Under the pieces are notes generated by a model that was not told the DNA's origin, searched no databases, and saw only the letters and a list, made by a program, of their open reading frames with translations. A DNA stretch of 64,000 bases from Clostridia bacterium (GTDB lineage: Bacteria; Bacillota; Clostridia; Christensenellales; UBA1242): positions 21,844-85,843 of the forward strand of contig JAFUSN010000001.1 of assembly GCA_017467625.1 (NCBI GenBank), written 5' to 3'. The position numbers and the translations under genes are program-made. This document shows, one piece after another, positions 28,117 to 38,104 of this stretch. Position 1 is the first letter of the stretch; each line of letters opens with the position of its first letter.

Positions 28117-28226
28117 AATATCCTCCCAAATTGTAAACCATTTTTTTCAACAGCTAAATGTATTTTTTTGAACATTGATGTTATAATTTTTACATTTTTG
28201 ATGTGAAATTTTTTATTTACACGGTT

Positions 28227-28255
28227 ATTTTAGCATAAGAATCACCCTTTGTCAA
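28227..28255 (-). promoter_or_regulatory. Promoter of gene 27205-28116
   Basis: Minus strand: TTGACA, 17 nt, TAAAAT; leaves a 5' UTR of about 110 nt. Confidence 0.55.
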
Positions 28256-28352
28256 TACCCATTTGAAAAAAAATATAAACTTTTTTGTAAATTAAAAAAA
28301 AATGGGACTTTATAGCCCCATAATAATTTTTATTTAATAACAATTGTTCAAT

Positions 28353-28949
28353 TTATTTGTAAACATTTTCATCAAAAAATGTTCTCCACGAAATGAGTTG
28401 CAAAACTTCATCTTCACTGAAAAGCCCCAAATAATGATTGTCAAGTCCAACATTAAAACCATATCGTTTTACAAGCACCTGACCATGAACATGGCCAAAC
28501 AAATTTTCCATACCAACTTTATGTTTGCTTGGATAATGATTGAGATACAGTTTTATTCCATGAAAATTTTCAAGCAATAAACCTTTTTCAATTACATCTT
28601 TAAATCCTAGTTTGATTAAAAACCATTTAAATTTTTCAAAATCACCACCAAACTCTTTTTCAATTACTCTCTGCTCATTGTTCCCACAAATCAACACTAC
28701 ATCGGCTTTGATTTTTTTAACTAATGAATATAATTCAATATAGTACTTATTATCTAGTTTGTTATAATTAACAAAATCACCCAAGTGATAAATTAAATCC
28801 CCTTTCCCTGCTTGTTTGTTCCAAACCTTTATAATTGTTTTATTCATCTGCTTTAAACTCGTGAAGGGTCTAAAATCTCTATCAATAACACCATGTTTGT
28901 CATTAACACTAAAATGTGAATCAGCAGTGAAAAATGTTTTCATATGCAC
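28353..28949 (-). CDS. Metallophosphoesterase (calcineurin-like)
   Basis: DSHF, GDFVN, GNNE and GHVHG motifs in canonical order. Confidence 0.8.
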   Translation of the reverse strand: MHMKTFFTADSHFSVNDKHGVIDRDFRPFTSLKQMNKTIIKVWNKQAGKGDLIYHLGDFVNYNKLDNKYYIELYSLVKKIKADVVLICGNNEQRVIEKEFGGDFEKFKWFLIKLGFKDVIEKGLLLENFHGIKLYLNHYPSKHKVGMENLFGHVHGQVLVKRYGFNVGLDNHYLGLFSEDEVLQLISWRTFFDENVYK

Positions 28950-28951
28950 CT

Positions 28952-30046
28952 CTACTTTAAGTTTTTCTTAATTGTTTCCCATGCAAAACCTTCTCTTCCA
29001 AAGTGACCAAAACATGCAGTTTTTTTGTAGATAGGTTTGAGCAAATCAAGTTCAGCAATTATGTTATTTATATTAAAGTTAAAGTTTTTATTAACAAAAT
29101 TATAAATTTCTTCTTCACTGACTTTATTTGTTCCAAATGTATCAATAAACATACTTATTGGATCAGCAAGCCCAATTGCATAACCAACTTCAATCTCGCA
29201 CTTATCAGCAAGCCCAGCTGCAACAACATTTTTTGCCACATATCGTGCATAATATGCACCACTTCTGTCAACTTTTGTTGCATTTTTTGAACTAAAGCAA
29301 CCACCGCCAACTCTTCCAGCTCCACCATATGTGTCAACAATGATTTTTCTTCCAACGCAGCCACTGTCGCCAAAACTTCCCCAAATGGTGAATTTTCCAC
29401 TAGTGTTGATTAAAAACTTTATATCTCCCTTATCAAACTCAGCAAACTCACTCAAAACTTTTTCAACAACATTTTTCATTATGTCCGCTTTAATTTCATC
29501 ATTTGTGAGTTTTTCGCTATGAGAAACACTGATTAAAACCGTATCAATTCTAACAGGCTTTTCACCATCATATTCAACTGAAACTTGACTTTTGGCATCA
29601 GAATGATAATTTTCGTTTGCTCGTCTATATTTGTCATACTCCATCATGAGCTTATGCGCAATTAAAATTGGAAGTGGCATAAACTCTTTTGTTTCATTTG
29701 TTGCAAATCCAAACACCATTCCTTGATCATTTGCATGAAGTTCGCCAGAAACAACAGCTTGGTTTATATCTGGACTTTGAATTGAAATTTCTTTTATAAT
29801 TTCAAATTTATTTTCATATCCAACATCAGCAAGAACTTCACGAGCAATTTTTTCATAATCAATTTTTGCAGTTGTGGTTGCTTCTCCATAAATGAAAAGT
29901 TTATCATTTTTTATTGCACACTCAACTGCCATTTGTGCATCTTTATCCTGTGAAAGTGCAGCATCTAAAAACGCATCTGCAAGTATATCACAAGTTTTAT
30001 CTGGGTGACCCATGTTAACGGATTCACTTGTAAAAATTTTCTTCAT
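28952..30046 (-). CDS. metK: S-adenosylmethionine synthetase
   Basis: FTSESVNMGHPDK, GDQGMVFGFA-like and GGGCFSSK(D)ATKVDRS motifs; start at Met23 of the ORF with a GAGGAG RBS. Confidence 0.97.
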   Translation of the reverse strand: MKKIFTSESVNMGHPDKTCDILADAFLDAALSQDKDAQMAVECAIKNDKLFIYGEATTTAKIDYEKIAREVLADVGYENKFEIIKEISIQSPDINQAVVSGELHANDQGMVFGFATNETKEFMPLPILIAHKLMMEYDKYRRANENYHSDAKSQVSVEYDGEKPVRIDTVLISVSHSEKLTNDEIKADIMKNVVEKVLSEFAEFDKGDIKFLINTSGKFTIWGSFGDSGCVGRKIIVDTYGGAGRVGGGCFSSKNATKVDRSGAYYARYVAKNVVAAGLADKCEIEVGYAIGLADPISMFIDTFGTNKVSEEEIYNFVNKNFNFNINNIIAELDLLKPIYKKTACFGHFGREGFAWETIKKNLK

Positions 30047-30065
30047 ATTTTCTCCTCTTTTGCCA

Positions 30066-30195
30066 AAAAGAAAACCCGCCGATGCCGACGGGATTAAATT
30101 TGATTTTGCCATCGGTCAGCCTTTAGCACCTTTTTGCCTTTTTAGCAATAGGTTGCTGTGTGGTCATTGGGGCTCTCCCTCGCACACTCTTAATG
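30066..30195 (-). promoter_or_regulatory. SAM-I (S-box) riboswitch with intrinsic terminator
   Basis: Minus strand: TTAAGAGTGTGCGAGGGAGAGCCCCAATGACCACACAGCAACC...AAAGGTGCTAAAGGC. Then terminator CCCGTCGGCATCGGCGGG plus TTTTCTTTTT, directly upstream of metK. Confidence 0.85.
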
Positions 30196-30243
30196 GTATA
30201 CATATATTAACACATATTGTTTTGTTTATCAACTATTTTTTAT

Positions 30244-30993
30244 TTAAAATTCAATTTCAAGACAAACTGGTGCATGATCACTTCCAAGTTGATCCATAAA
30301 AATTTTTGAATCTTTAACATTTTTCATTATGTCGTTTGAAACAACAAAGTAATCAATTCGCCAACCAATATTTTTTTGCCTTGCTTGAAAACGATAACTC
30401 CACCAAGAATAATCTTGTTTTTCAGGATAAAGAGTTCTAAAAGTATCGCAAAATCCAGCAGAAAGAAGTTCCGTCATCTTTCCTCGCTCTTCATTTGAAA
30501 AACCAGGATTCCCAATGTTTGATTTTGGATTTTTTAAATCAATTTCATTATGAGCAACATTCAAATCACCTGTGTAAATTACTGGTTTTTTTGCTTTGAG
30601 TTCAACTAAATATGCCCTCATATCATCTTCAAACTGCATTCTGTAGTCAATACGTTTAAGTTCATCTTGAGCATTTGGAACATATGCATTGACCATGAAA
30701 AACTTTTCAAATTCAAGAGTTATTACCCTGCCTTCATCATTATATTTTCCATGAATTCCAAATATGGCTGAGATTGGCTTTTGCTTTGAATAAATTAAAG
30801 TTCCACTATATCCTCTTTTTTCAGCAGAATTCATGAATCTGAAATATCCATTTCTTTCAAGGTCTGCCTGGCCCTCTTGCATTTTTGTTTCTTGAACACA
30901 CATAATATCCGGATTTTCACGATCCAAAAATTCATAAAACCCTTTTGCTATGCATGCTCTGAGCCCGTTTACATTCCAACTTATAATTTTCAT
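30244..30993 (-). CDS. xth: Exodeoxyribonuclease III
   Basis: MKIISWNVNGLRA, QETK and GSDHAPV motifs. Confidence 0.95.
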   Translation of the reverse strand: MKIISWNVNGLRACIAKGFYEFLDRENPDIMCVQETKMQEGQADLERNGYFRFMNSAEKRGYSGTLIYSKQKPISAIFGIHGKYNDEGRVITLEFEKFFMVNAYVPNAQDELKRIDYRMQFEDDMRAYLVELKAKKPVIYTGDLNVAHNEIDLKNPKSNIGNPGFSNEERGKMTELLSAGFCDTFRTLYPEKQDYSWWSYRFQARQKNIGWRIDYFVVSNDIMKNVKDSKIFMDQLGSDHAPVCLEIEF

Positions 30994-31097
30994 CTGTTTA
31001 CCTCACATCAATTAAATTATATCATGTGTTTTCTTTTTTTTCAAAAAAATAATCTAAAATTTTTTACATTTAACAAAATTATTAAAACACCAGAAAA

Positions 31098-31116
31098 TTA
31101 TGTGATAGTCACATAA
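31098..31116. promoter_or_regulatory. Perfect 8-3-8 palindrome abutting the -35 of the glgBA promoter
   Basis: TTATGTGA-TAG-TCACATAA, 2 nt upstream of TTGACT. Confidence 0.4.
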
Positions 31117-31118
31117 CA

Positions 31119-31147
31119 TTGACTTTATGCTTCATTTTTGGTATACT
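31119..31147 (+). promoter_or_regulatory. Promoter of glgB-glgA
   Basis: TTGACT, 17 nt, TATACT with an upstream TG (extended -10). Confidence 0.6.
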
Positions 31148-31178
31148 GCTTATGTTAAATTATAGATAAAGGTGAATT

Positions 31179-33107
31179 ATGAAGACTGACGAACGTATAC
31201 GAAAAATTGAACGAGGTGAAGACACTTATGTTTATGAATACCTTGGTTGTCACCCAGCAAGCAAGGGCGGAAAAAACGGCGCATGGTTTAGAGTTTATGC
31301 ACCAAACGCAAAAGAAGTGTTTGTTGCTGGCGATTTTAATGATTGGGACAAAACCTCACATCAATTAAAACGAATTAAGAATTCAAACATTTGGGAAGTT
31401 TTTGTTGAAAAAGCAAAAACAAACCAACGCTATAAATTTATTGTTATTGATAAACATGACAGAGAACTGGTTAAAACTGATCCTTATGCATTTTTTGCAG
31501 AAAGTCTTTCAAATGATAAAGATTTTGCATGTTTTGTTCCTGACTCAAACAAATATAACTGGAAAGATTCAAAATATTTTGAGTCAATTAAAAACAAAAA
31601 TTATCTTGAATCACCAATGAATATTTATGAGGTTTGCCTGCTCTCTTGGAAAAAACACGCCGACGGAAGCTACTACACATATAGAGAACTCACAACCTCA
31701 CTGATTCCATACTGCAAAAAAATGGGTTACACCCACATTGAACTTTTGCCAATAACAGAATTTCAACTTGATTGTTCTTGGGGTTATGAAGTTACAAACT
31801 ACTATGCAATTACAAGCCGTTTTGGAAAACCAAAAGACTTAAAATATTTTGTTGACAAGTGTCACGAATCTGGAATTGGTGTTATTTTGGACTGGGTTCC
31901 TGGGCACTTTGATTCAGCTGAAACAAACAGTGCAGAGCGCAAAAATATTTTAACTGATGAGGATTTTGGCTTAACCGAATGGGACGGCACACCACTCTAC
32001 GAAAGTCCTAAATGGGACAGACAACTTCAACTTGCTTGGGGAACACGAATTTTTGACTATGAAAATCCTTATGTGGTTAACTTTTTAATTTCAAGTGCAC
32101 TGTACTTTTTGAGGGAATTCCACTTTGATGGAATTAGAGTTGATGCAGTTGTTTCAATTTTGTATCTTGACTTTTGCAGAAATCCTGATGAATGGATTCC
32201 AAATGTTAACGGAAACAACATAAACTACGCTGGCGTTGAATTTTTGAAAAAACTTAACAACACCATTTTTGGCGAATTCCCAAATGCACTTATGATTGCA
32301 GAGGAAGTTTCATCTTGGCCAATGACCACCCGCCCAACCACTGTTGGCGGACTTGGATTTAACTTTAAATGGAATGTTGGATTTATTAATGATATTTGGG
32401 AATACACTTCAATGGATCCATATTTTAGAAAATATCACCACAACATTTTAACACACACACTGGACTATTGTTTTGATGAAAACTTCATTTTGCCAGTTGA
32501 TCATGATGAAGTTGGAAACGGAAGACATTCACTTATCAACAAAATGAATGGTGACATGAAAACAAAGATGAATCTTTGCAGAGCTTTCTTTTTGTATATG
32601 TATATGCACCCAGGGAAAAAACTTGTGTTTATGGGAAGCGAGTTTGGACAGAGGGCTGAATGGTCGTATTCAGAGCCAATTAACTGGAAACTTTTGAATG
32701 CAGATGGAAATAAAAAGCTTTCTAAATTTGTTTCAAGTTTAAATCATCTTTATCTCAAAACACCAGAAATGTGGCAACGAGATTTTGACAGCACTGGTTT
32801 TGAATGGCTGGTTGAAAATGATAACTCAAACTGTGTGACTTGTTTTAAACGCTATGACAAAGATGGAAATTATTTAATTTCTCTCACAAATTTTTCACCA
32901 TACAGAATTCCAGACTATGTTCTTGGAATTGACGAACCTGGTTGTTATGAGGAAGTGTTCTCATCAGATGAAAAGGCATTTGGCGGAACAGGTGAACTCA
33001 ATGACCTTATGTATTCATCAATTATGAATAAAAATGGAAAAACAAATGCAATTCGTGTGAACATTCCTGCAAACACAAGCATTTTAATTAAAAAAGTTAT
33101 AAAATAA
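31179..33107 (+). CDS. glgB: 1,4-alpha-glucan branching enzyme
   Basis: GH13 motifs DWVPGHF, GIRVDAV, EEVS and PVDHDEV; 642 aa. Confidence 0.95.
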   Translation: MKTDERIRKIERGEDTYVYEYLGCHPASKGGKNGAWFRVYAPNAKEVFVAGDFNDWDKTSHQLKRIKNSNIWEVFVEKAKTNQRYKFIVIDKHDRELVKTDPYAFFAESLSNDKDFACFVPDSNKYNWKDSKYFESIKNKNYLESPMNIYEVCLLSWKKHADGSYYTYRELTTSLIPYCKKMGYTHIELLPITEFQLDCSWGYEVTNYYAITSRFGKPKDLKYFVDKCHESGIGVILDWVPGHFDSAETNSAERKNILTDEDFGLTEWDGTPLYESPKWDRQLQLAWGTRIFDYENPYVVNFLISSALYFLREFHFDGIRVDAVVSILYLDFCRNPDEWIPNVNGNNINYAGVEFLKKLNNTIFGEFPNALMIAEEVSSWPMTTRPTTVGGLGFNFKWNVGFINDIWEYTSMDPYFRKYHHNILTHTLDYCFDENFILPVDHDEVGNGRHSLINKMNGDMKTKMNLCRAFFLYMYMHPGKKLVFMGSEFGQRAEWSYSEPINWKLLNADGNKKLSKFVSSLNHLYLKTPEMWQRDFDSTGFEWLVENDNSNCVTCFKRYDKDGNYLISLTNFSPYRIPDYVLGIDEPGCYEEVFSSDEKAFGGTGELNDLMYSSIMNKNGKTNAIRVNIPANTSILIKKVIK

Positions 33108-33115
33108 GAGGACTT

Positions 33116-34549
33116 ATGAATAAAAAACTAAATATACTTTTTGCAACAGCAGAATGCATTCCATTTTGTGCAAATGGAGGTGTGGCAGAAATGTGCCACA
33201 TGCTTCCAAAATATTTAAACGCTTCTGGTGAAGTTGATATACGTGTAATTATGCCGCTCTATTCAACCATTCCAGAAAAATATAGAAATGAATTTAGGCT
33301 TATTGGCGAAAAAACTGTTAACCTTTCATGGAGAAACAGTTACTGCGCAATTTATGAATATAAACGCAGAGGAATAATCTTTTACTTCATTTCAAATGAC
33401 CAATATTTTAATCGTGAACAACTTTTTGGATATGATGATGATATTGAAAGATTTACATTTTTCAGCAGAGCTGTTCTTGACATTATTCCAATGACTGGAT
33501 TTTTCCCTGACATAATTCACGCAAATGATTGGCAATCTGGAACAATTTGCACATTTTTGAAAATTTTGCCATGGCAAAATCCAAAATACGAACACATTAA
33601 AACAGTTCTTCAGGTTCACAACCTTGCCTATCAAGGAATTGCTGACTTTAGCGTGGTTAAAGATGTTTTGGATGTTGAAGATAAATTTGCATACCTTTTT
33701 GACTATTTTGGAAAAGCAAACCTTATGAAAGCCGCATTGCTTTGCACAGATGAAATTGTTGCTGTTAGCAAATCTTACGCTGAAGAAATTCAAACTCATG
33801 AGGGTGGCGCTGGACTTGAAAATATTTTTGTGGATTCAAAACACAAACTCCATGGAATTATCAACGGAATTGATTACAGCTACTACAATCCCAGCATTGA
33901 CAATGACATTTACACAAACTATGACAAGAGTTCTCTTGCTGCAAAAGTTGAAAACAAACTTAAACTTCAAAAGGACCTTGGACTTGAAATTGGCGAAGAC
34001 ATTCCTGTTTTTGCAATTATTGGCCTTATGGCTGAACACAAAGGAATTGATCTCCTTTTGCAAGTGATTGACAAATATCTTGACGCTGGTGCAGAACTCA
34101 TTGCAATTGGACACGGACCTGAAGACTATGAAAACAAAATGAAAGCCCTTCAAGAAAAATTTCCAACAAGGGTTAACATTAAATTTGGATTTGATGGGTC
34201 ATATGTTAAAAAACTTTATTCTGGTTCAGATTTTTTGTTTAATCTTGCAAGCATTGAGCCTTGCGGGCTTTGTCCACTTGTTGCAAACCGCTATGGCTCA
34301 CTTCCAATTGTTTACTTAACTGGCGGAATTAAAGATAACTGCACTGATTTTAAATATCAAAATGGAAACGCATACATTTTGAAAAACTATGATGGAACTT
34401 CCCTTTCAGATTTGATTGACAGAGCGCTCCGTGATTTTTCTGACAAAGAAAAATTCACTTCATACATGGTGTCCGCAATGAATCAATCATTTGATATTAC
34501 AGACTGTGCAAAACAATATCTTGAACTCTATCATAAAATGAAAGATTAA
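33116..34549 (+). CDS. glgA: Glycogen synthase (ADP-glucose type)
   Basis: Motifs typical of glycogen synthase: N-terminal (LNILFATAECIPFCANGGVAEM), HANDWQSG, SIEPCGL; 477 aa. Confidence 0.95.
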   Translation: MNKKLNILFATAECIPFCANGGVAEMCHMLPKYLNASGEVDIRVIMPLYSTIPEKYRNEFRLIGEKTVNLSWRNSYCAIYEYKRRGIIFYFISNDQYFNREQLFGYDDDIERFTFFSRAVLDIIPMTGFFPDIIHANDWQSGTICTFLKILPWQNPKYEHIKTVLQVHNLAYQGIADFSVVKDVLDVEDKFAYLFDYFGKANLMKAALLCTDEIVAVSKSYAEEIQTHEGGAGLENIFVDSKHKLHGIINGIDYSYYNPSIDNDIYTNYDKSSLAAKVENKLKLQKDLGLEIGEDIPVFAIIGLMAEHKGIDLLLQVIDKYLDAGAELIAIGHGPEDYENKMKALQEKFPTRVNIKFGFDGSYVKKLYSGSDFLFNLASIEPCGLCPLVANRYGSLPIVYLTGGIKDNCTDFKYQNGNAYILKNYDGTSLSDLIDRALRDFSDKEKFTSYMVSAMNQSFDITDCAKQYLELYHKMKD

Positions 34550-34575
34550 AAAGCATGGCAAATAAATGCCATGCT

Positions 34576-35274
34576 TTATTTCTTTATAACTGGAACTTTA
34601 CTCCAATTGTATGTTAAAATTTTGTAGTCGTTCCCATTTTGATAGAGAACTTGATTGTTTCCAAGTGTTAAGTATGTTCCTTTTGGATAAATTTTTAAAT
34701 CTTTTAAATATTCACCATAAAACTCTCTGTTTTTAATTCTTACTAAATTGGAACCGTAATTTTCACTGCTCCATGGAAATCTATATTTTGAACAATGAAC
34801 AAAAATCATTTTATCAATCCAGCCAAAACCCATCAATGCCTTTTCTCCAAATTCTGATTTAACATCAAAATTGTATGGTTCGGCTCTTAATGTCCACTCT
34901 GTGTCAGTGCCAGCAATTAAAGCACCTGCACTTTCACCAGCATAAAGCACACCACTTTCAGTAAGAGTTTTTATTTGTTTAAATTGATTATATTTGCGAA
35001 GTAAGTGAATTAATTTTGTTGCATTTCCCCCACGAACATAAATCATATCCACCTTATCTTGAAAGTTGTAATCTGGATTTAATTGAATTATTTTAAAACC
35101 AAGTTCCAACAATTTTTCTTTTGCTGAACTAGTGTATTCAATTTCATTTTGTACATCATAGTCTTCACTGGCATAATCAACAAAAAGACACGTATGCTGC
35201 TCATTTAAATTAAAAAACTTATACAAAAATTTTGAACCAACAACTTTGAAATCAGAACACAAAAGTAATTTCAT
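34576..35274 (-). CDS. Peptidase S51 (dipeptidase E-like) family protein
   Basis: IYVRGGNATKL...YAGESAGAL nucleophile context. Confidence 0.65.
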   Translation of the reverse strand: MKLLLCSDFKVVGSKFLYKFFNLNEQHTCLFVDYASEDYDVQNEIEYTSSAKEKLLELGFKIIQLNPDYNFQDKVDMIYVRGGNATKLIHLLRKYNQFKQIKTLTESGVLYAGESAGALIAGTDTEWTLRAEPYNFDVKSEFGEKALMGFGWIDKMIFVHCSKYRFPWSSENYGSNLVRIKNREFYGEYLKDLKIYPKGTYLTLGNNQVLYQNGNDYKILTYNWSKVPVIKK

Positions 35275-35282
35275 AAAATCTC

Positions 35283-35786
35283 CTAGTAACCATTGAGTGG
35301 AATTGAATCATCATCTTCCCCTTTGGTTATTTTTTTTATTTCAACTGTGTAGCTATAATCGGGACTTGCTTGAACAAAAACCTTGTCACCAACTTTTTTT
35401 CCAAGCACAGCTTTTCCAAATGGTGATTCTTTGCTGATTATTCCATTCTCTAAATCAAGCCTGGTTGTTGTTGAAAGCATAAGTGTTTCGGTTTCACAAG
35501 TGTCTTCATAAAAAACTTCAATTTTGTCAAACAAACCAACTTCGTCAGGAGCAGATTCCGTGCTTATTATTTTTGCTGTTCTAATCATTTTTTGCAAAAA
35601 TCTTATGCGGCTTTCATTTCTGTTAAATGCCCGCCTTGCACTTTTATACTCTGCATTTTCAGAAAGGTCACCAAGCGACCTTGCCTCCTTTAATTCATCA
35701 CCAAGTTTTGGACGCAATTCATTTGCTCTCATGTTGATTTCATCTTGCATTTTTTTTATATCAACTTTTGTTAGTTCGTTATACAT
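35283..35786 (-). CDS. GreA/GreB-family elongation factor (second paralog)
   Basis: GDLSENAEYKSAR motif and C-terminal SPFGKAVLGKKVGD. Confidence 0.85.
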   Translation of the reverse strand: MYNELTKVDIKKMQDEINMRANELRPKLGDELKEARSLGDLSENAEYKSARRAFNRNESRIRFLQKMIRTAKIISTESAPDEVGLFDKIEVFYEDTCETETLMLSTTTRLDLENGIISKESPFGKAVLGKKVGDKVFVQASPDYSYTVEIKKITKGEDDDSIPLNGY

Positions 35787-35796
35787 TAATTCACCC

Positions 35797-36459
35797 CTAT
35801 TTCACAGCAAGCGCATAACTTTGATTTATTAGTTCAAAAATTTTATCGCTTTTAACCTTACCATTTAAAATTATTGAAATCCAACTTTTTTTATTCATGT
35901 GATAGCCCGGAAAAATTGTTTTTCCATCACATAGCATTTCAGCATTTCCACGAACATTTAAAACTTCAACAACTTCTGTGCTTTCACCGTAAATTTTATT
36001 TTGTGGAACAGCCATAACAAGCCCATACCATTTTCCACTATCTTTTCTTCTCCAAATTGCATCTGTCTCAAATTTTTTCCACAAAAATTCAAGCTCATCA
36101 CCAAAATTTTTCTGAACATAAGAAATTAGTTTGAGTGTTTGCTCATTTTTAAAAACTTGTTTTTCAAAACATTCGTTTGCAATTTTTTCAAGAACTTCTT
36201 GGTAAGCTGTTCTTACACTTCCAACAAAGCCACCCTTTGCCTCTGGCATTAAATGAAGCACATAATCATCACCTGAAAGAAGATCTTTTATTTTTGTTGA
36301 AATGGTTTCACTTTTGTCAATGTAAACAAAAAGTTCCATTGTTCCATTTAAAATTTTTTCACTGTAAACAAATTGATTATTTATTTTTTTGAAACCAAAT
36401 TTTTCAAGTTTTGAAGCGTTTATTTTTTTATATTTAAAAATCTCATCAGCAATATTCAT
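35797..36459 (-). CDS. MmcQ/YjbR-family protein with an extra N-terminal domain
   Basis: C-terminal FPGYHMNKKSWISIILNG signature. Confidence 0.65.
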   Translation of the reverse strand: MNIADEIFKYKKINASKLEKFGFKKINNQFVYSEKILNGTMELFVYIDKSETISTKIKDLLSGDDYVLHLMPEAKGGFVGSVRTAYQEVLEKIANECFEKQVFKNEQTLKLISYVQKNFGDELEFLWKKFETDAIWRRKDSGKWYGLVMAVPQNKIYGESTEVVEVLNVRGNAEMLCDGKTIFPGYHMNKKSWISIILNGKVKSDKIFELINQSYALAVK

Positions 36460-36523
36460 ATTTTTCCTTTTTACTTAAAAATGAATATTTTTTCAAAATT
36501 TAAGCAGAATTTTGCATTTTAAC

Positions 36524-37165
36524 TTAATTTTTGTTTTTATTAAATAGTTTTAAACATGCTGGAATCAAAAGCCCACCAACAATATTTCCAAGTGTAATTA
36601 AAAGCAAATATCCAATCATTTTCCAGCTCCAACTCCAAGCAAATGTGAAGTAAAACATATCAGCAACGCAGTGCTCAAATCCACAGAGCACAAACACAGA
36701 AACACCAAAAGCAAGTGCAAGAGCTTGAGCAATTGAGTTACCAAAATTTTTGTAGCCATACACTGCAAGGAAAATTAATATGTTACACAAAATTCCAAGC
36801 AAAAATACGCTGAGCGCTGAATCATTAAGTTTGGTTTCAACCAAAACCGTTGCAGCATCCGTCAAACTTTCAAGCCTTGTTGCACGAACAACAATCGCTG
36901 AAAGAAGAGCCCCAACAAAATTTCCAACCCAAATTAAAGCAAGCTTTAAAATGTAGTTTGGTTTTTTATCAAGCGCAACGCAAACCCTTCCAGTAAACAA
37001 ATTAAAATCAAAATTTAAAATTATAAATAACCCTATTGTGAAAAACAATGAACCAACGATTTTGTTTCCAGATGATAAAAATGCAACACAACCAATTGAA
37101 ATTGAAATTCCTGCAAGCACTGCCCAAACAAAATCTTTTAAAACTCCTAATGCTTTTTCCTTCAT
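36524..37165 (-). CDS. Formate/nitrite transporter (FNT) family channel
   Basis: NLFTGR and CGFEHCVADMF motifs, about 6 TM segments; start at MKEKALG. Confidence 0.85.
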   Translation of the reverse strand: MKEKALGVLKDFVWAVLAGISISIGCVAFLSSGNKIVGSLFFTIGLFIILNFDFNLFTGRVCVALDKKPNYILKLALIWVGNFVGALLSAIVVRATRLESLTDAATVLVETKLNDSALSVFLLGILCNILIFLAVYGYKNFGNSIAQALALAFGVSVFVLCGFEHCVADMFYFTFAWSWSWKMIGYLLLITLGNIVGGLLIPACLKLFNKNKN

Positions 37166-37343
37166 TTGTAATCTCCTTTTAAACATATTAGCCATAGTAT
37201 AACACAAAAATATTTTTTGATAAATAAAATAATTGAATTATTTATAAAAAACTTAATTCATAAAAGCAAAATTACTGAATAAAAAAGTCACGACTTTTGA
37301 CGTGACTTTAATGGTGGAACAACTGCAATGTTTGTTGAACCTT

Positions 37344-37625
37344 TTAATCTTTATAGATTATTTTGAATTCATTTGGATACTCTTTTTCTGCATCATTGAA
37401 TGTTTCTAAGATATTGTTTATTATCAATGCGTTATATTCATGTTTTTCTTTGCCAAATCCTACAAGTGTTATTTCGCATGGTGTTTCAATATGACCTGTT
37501 AACATATCCCAAAGAGCATCTGGATTTTTACCAAACCAATCTGGCAAATCCATCCTTTGCTTGATTATTTCATAAAACTCTTCAGCCCATTCAAATTCAT
37601 TTCTATTAAATGTATACTTTTTCAT
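37344..37625 (-). CDS. Barstar-family RNase inhibitor
   Basis: EFYEIIKQRMDLPDWFGKNPDALWDMLTG...ITLVGF matches the barstar core pattern. Confidence 0.8.
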   Translation of the reverse strand: MKKYTFNRNEFEWAEEFYEIIKQRMDLPDWFGKNPDALWDMLTGHIETPCEITLVGFGKEKHEYNALIINNILETFNDAEKEYPNEFKIIYKD

Positions 37626-37634
37626 AATTAATCC

Positions 37635-37820
37635 TCATACTATTTCTACAAAATTATTATAATGACTATCTGTCATAAAAATCAAGCCATCATTTGAATA
37701 TATAATCCTTGAATTGTTTCTGTATCCACCTTGATAATCAATATCGCATTCATACCACACTCGCCCATATTTGTTGGGTAATTTGTTATTTCTGTTTTTA
37801 AAAATATTTCCACCTATCAT
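37635..37820 (-). pseudogene. 5'-truncated barnase-family ribonuclease (C-terminal 60 aa only)
   Basis: IGGNIFKNRNNKLPNKYGRVWYECDIDYQGGYRNNSRIIYSNDGLIFMTDSHYNNFVEIV parallels barnase residues about 51-110. In-frame TAG 5 codons upstream, no RBS, and no N-terminal half found in any frame up to ssrA. Confidence 0.7.
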
Positions 37821-38070
37821 AAAAAACCTAAACTATTGAGAGTTTTTACAAATTAGTGGCGAGAGTTGTAAGGAGCGCCTAGCGACGAAATAGCTGGCGT
37901 ATTTTACTTTCTTTGCCGACCTTTGTAGCCAGCGTCACAGATGTTCATCAAAACTCCGTTCTCTGAATAGTAGTCACTAATTATTATTAATCAACCTTTT
38001 AAGTTGGCACAAAAGTTTTTGCAATGCAAAAAGTTTTCGCCTGGTGCCAGACTGGAGCGAAGAGCATGCG

Positions 38071-38104
38071 TAAAAAGAAAAAGACATTTCAAACGAAATG
38101 TCTT
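38071..38104 (-). terminator. ssrA terminator
   Basis: AAGACATTTC-AAAC-GAAATGTCTT hairpin followed on the minus strand by TTTCTTTTT. Confidence 0.75.
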
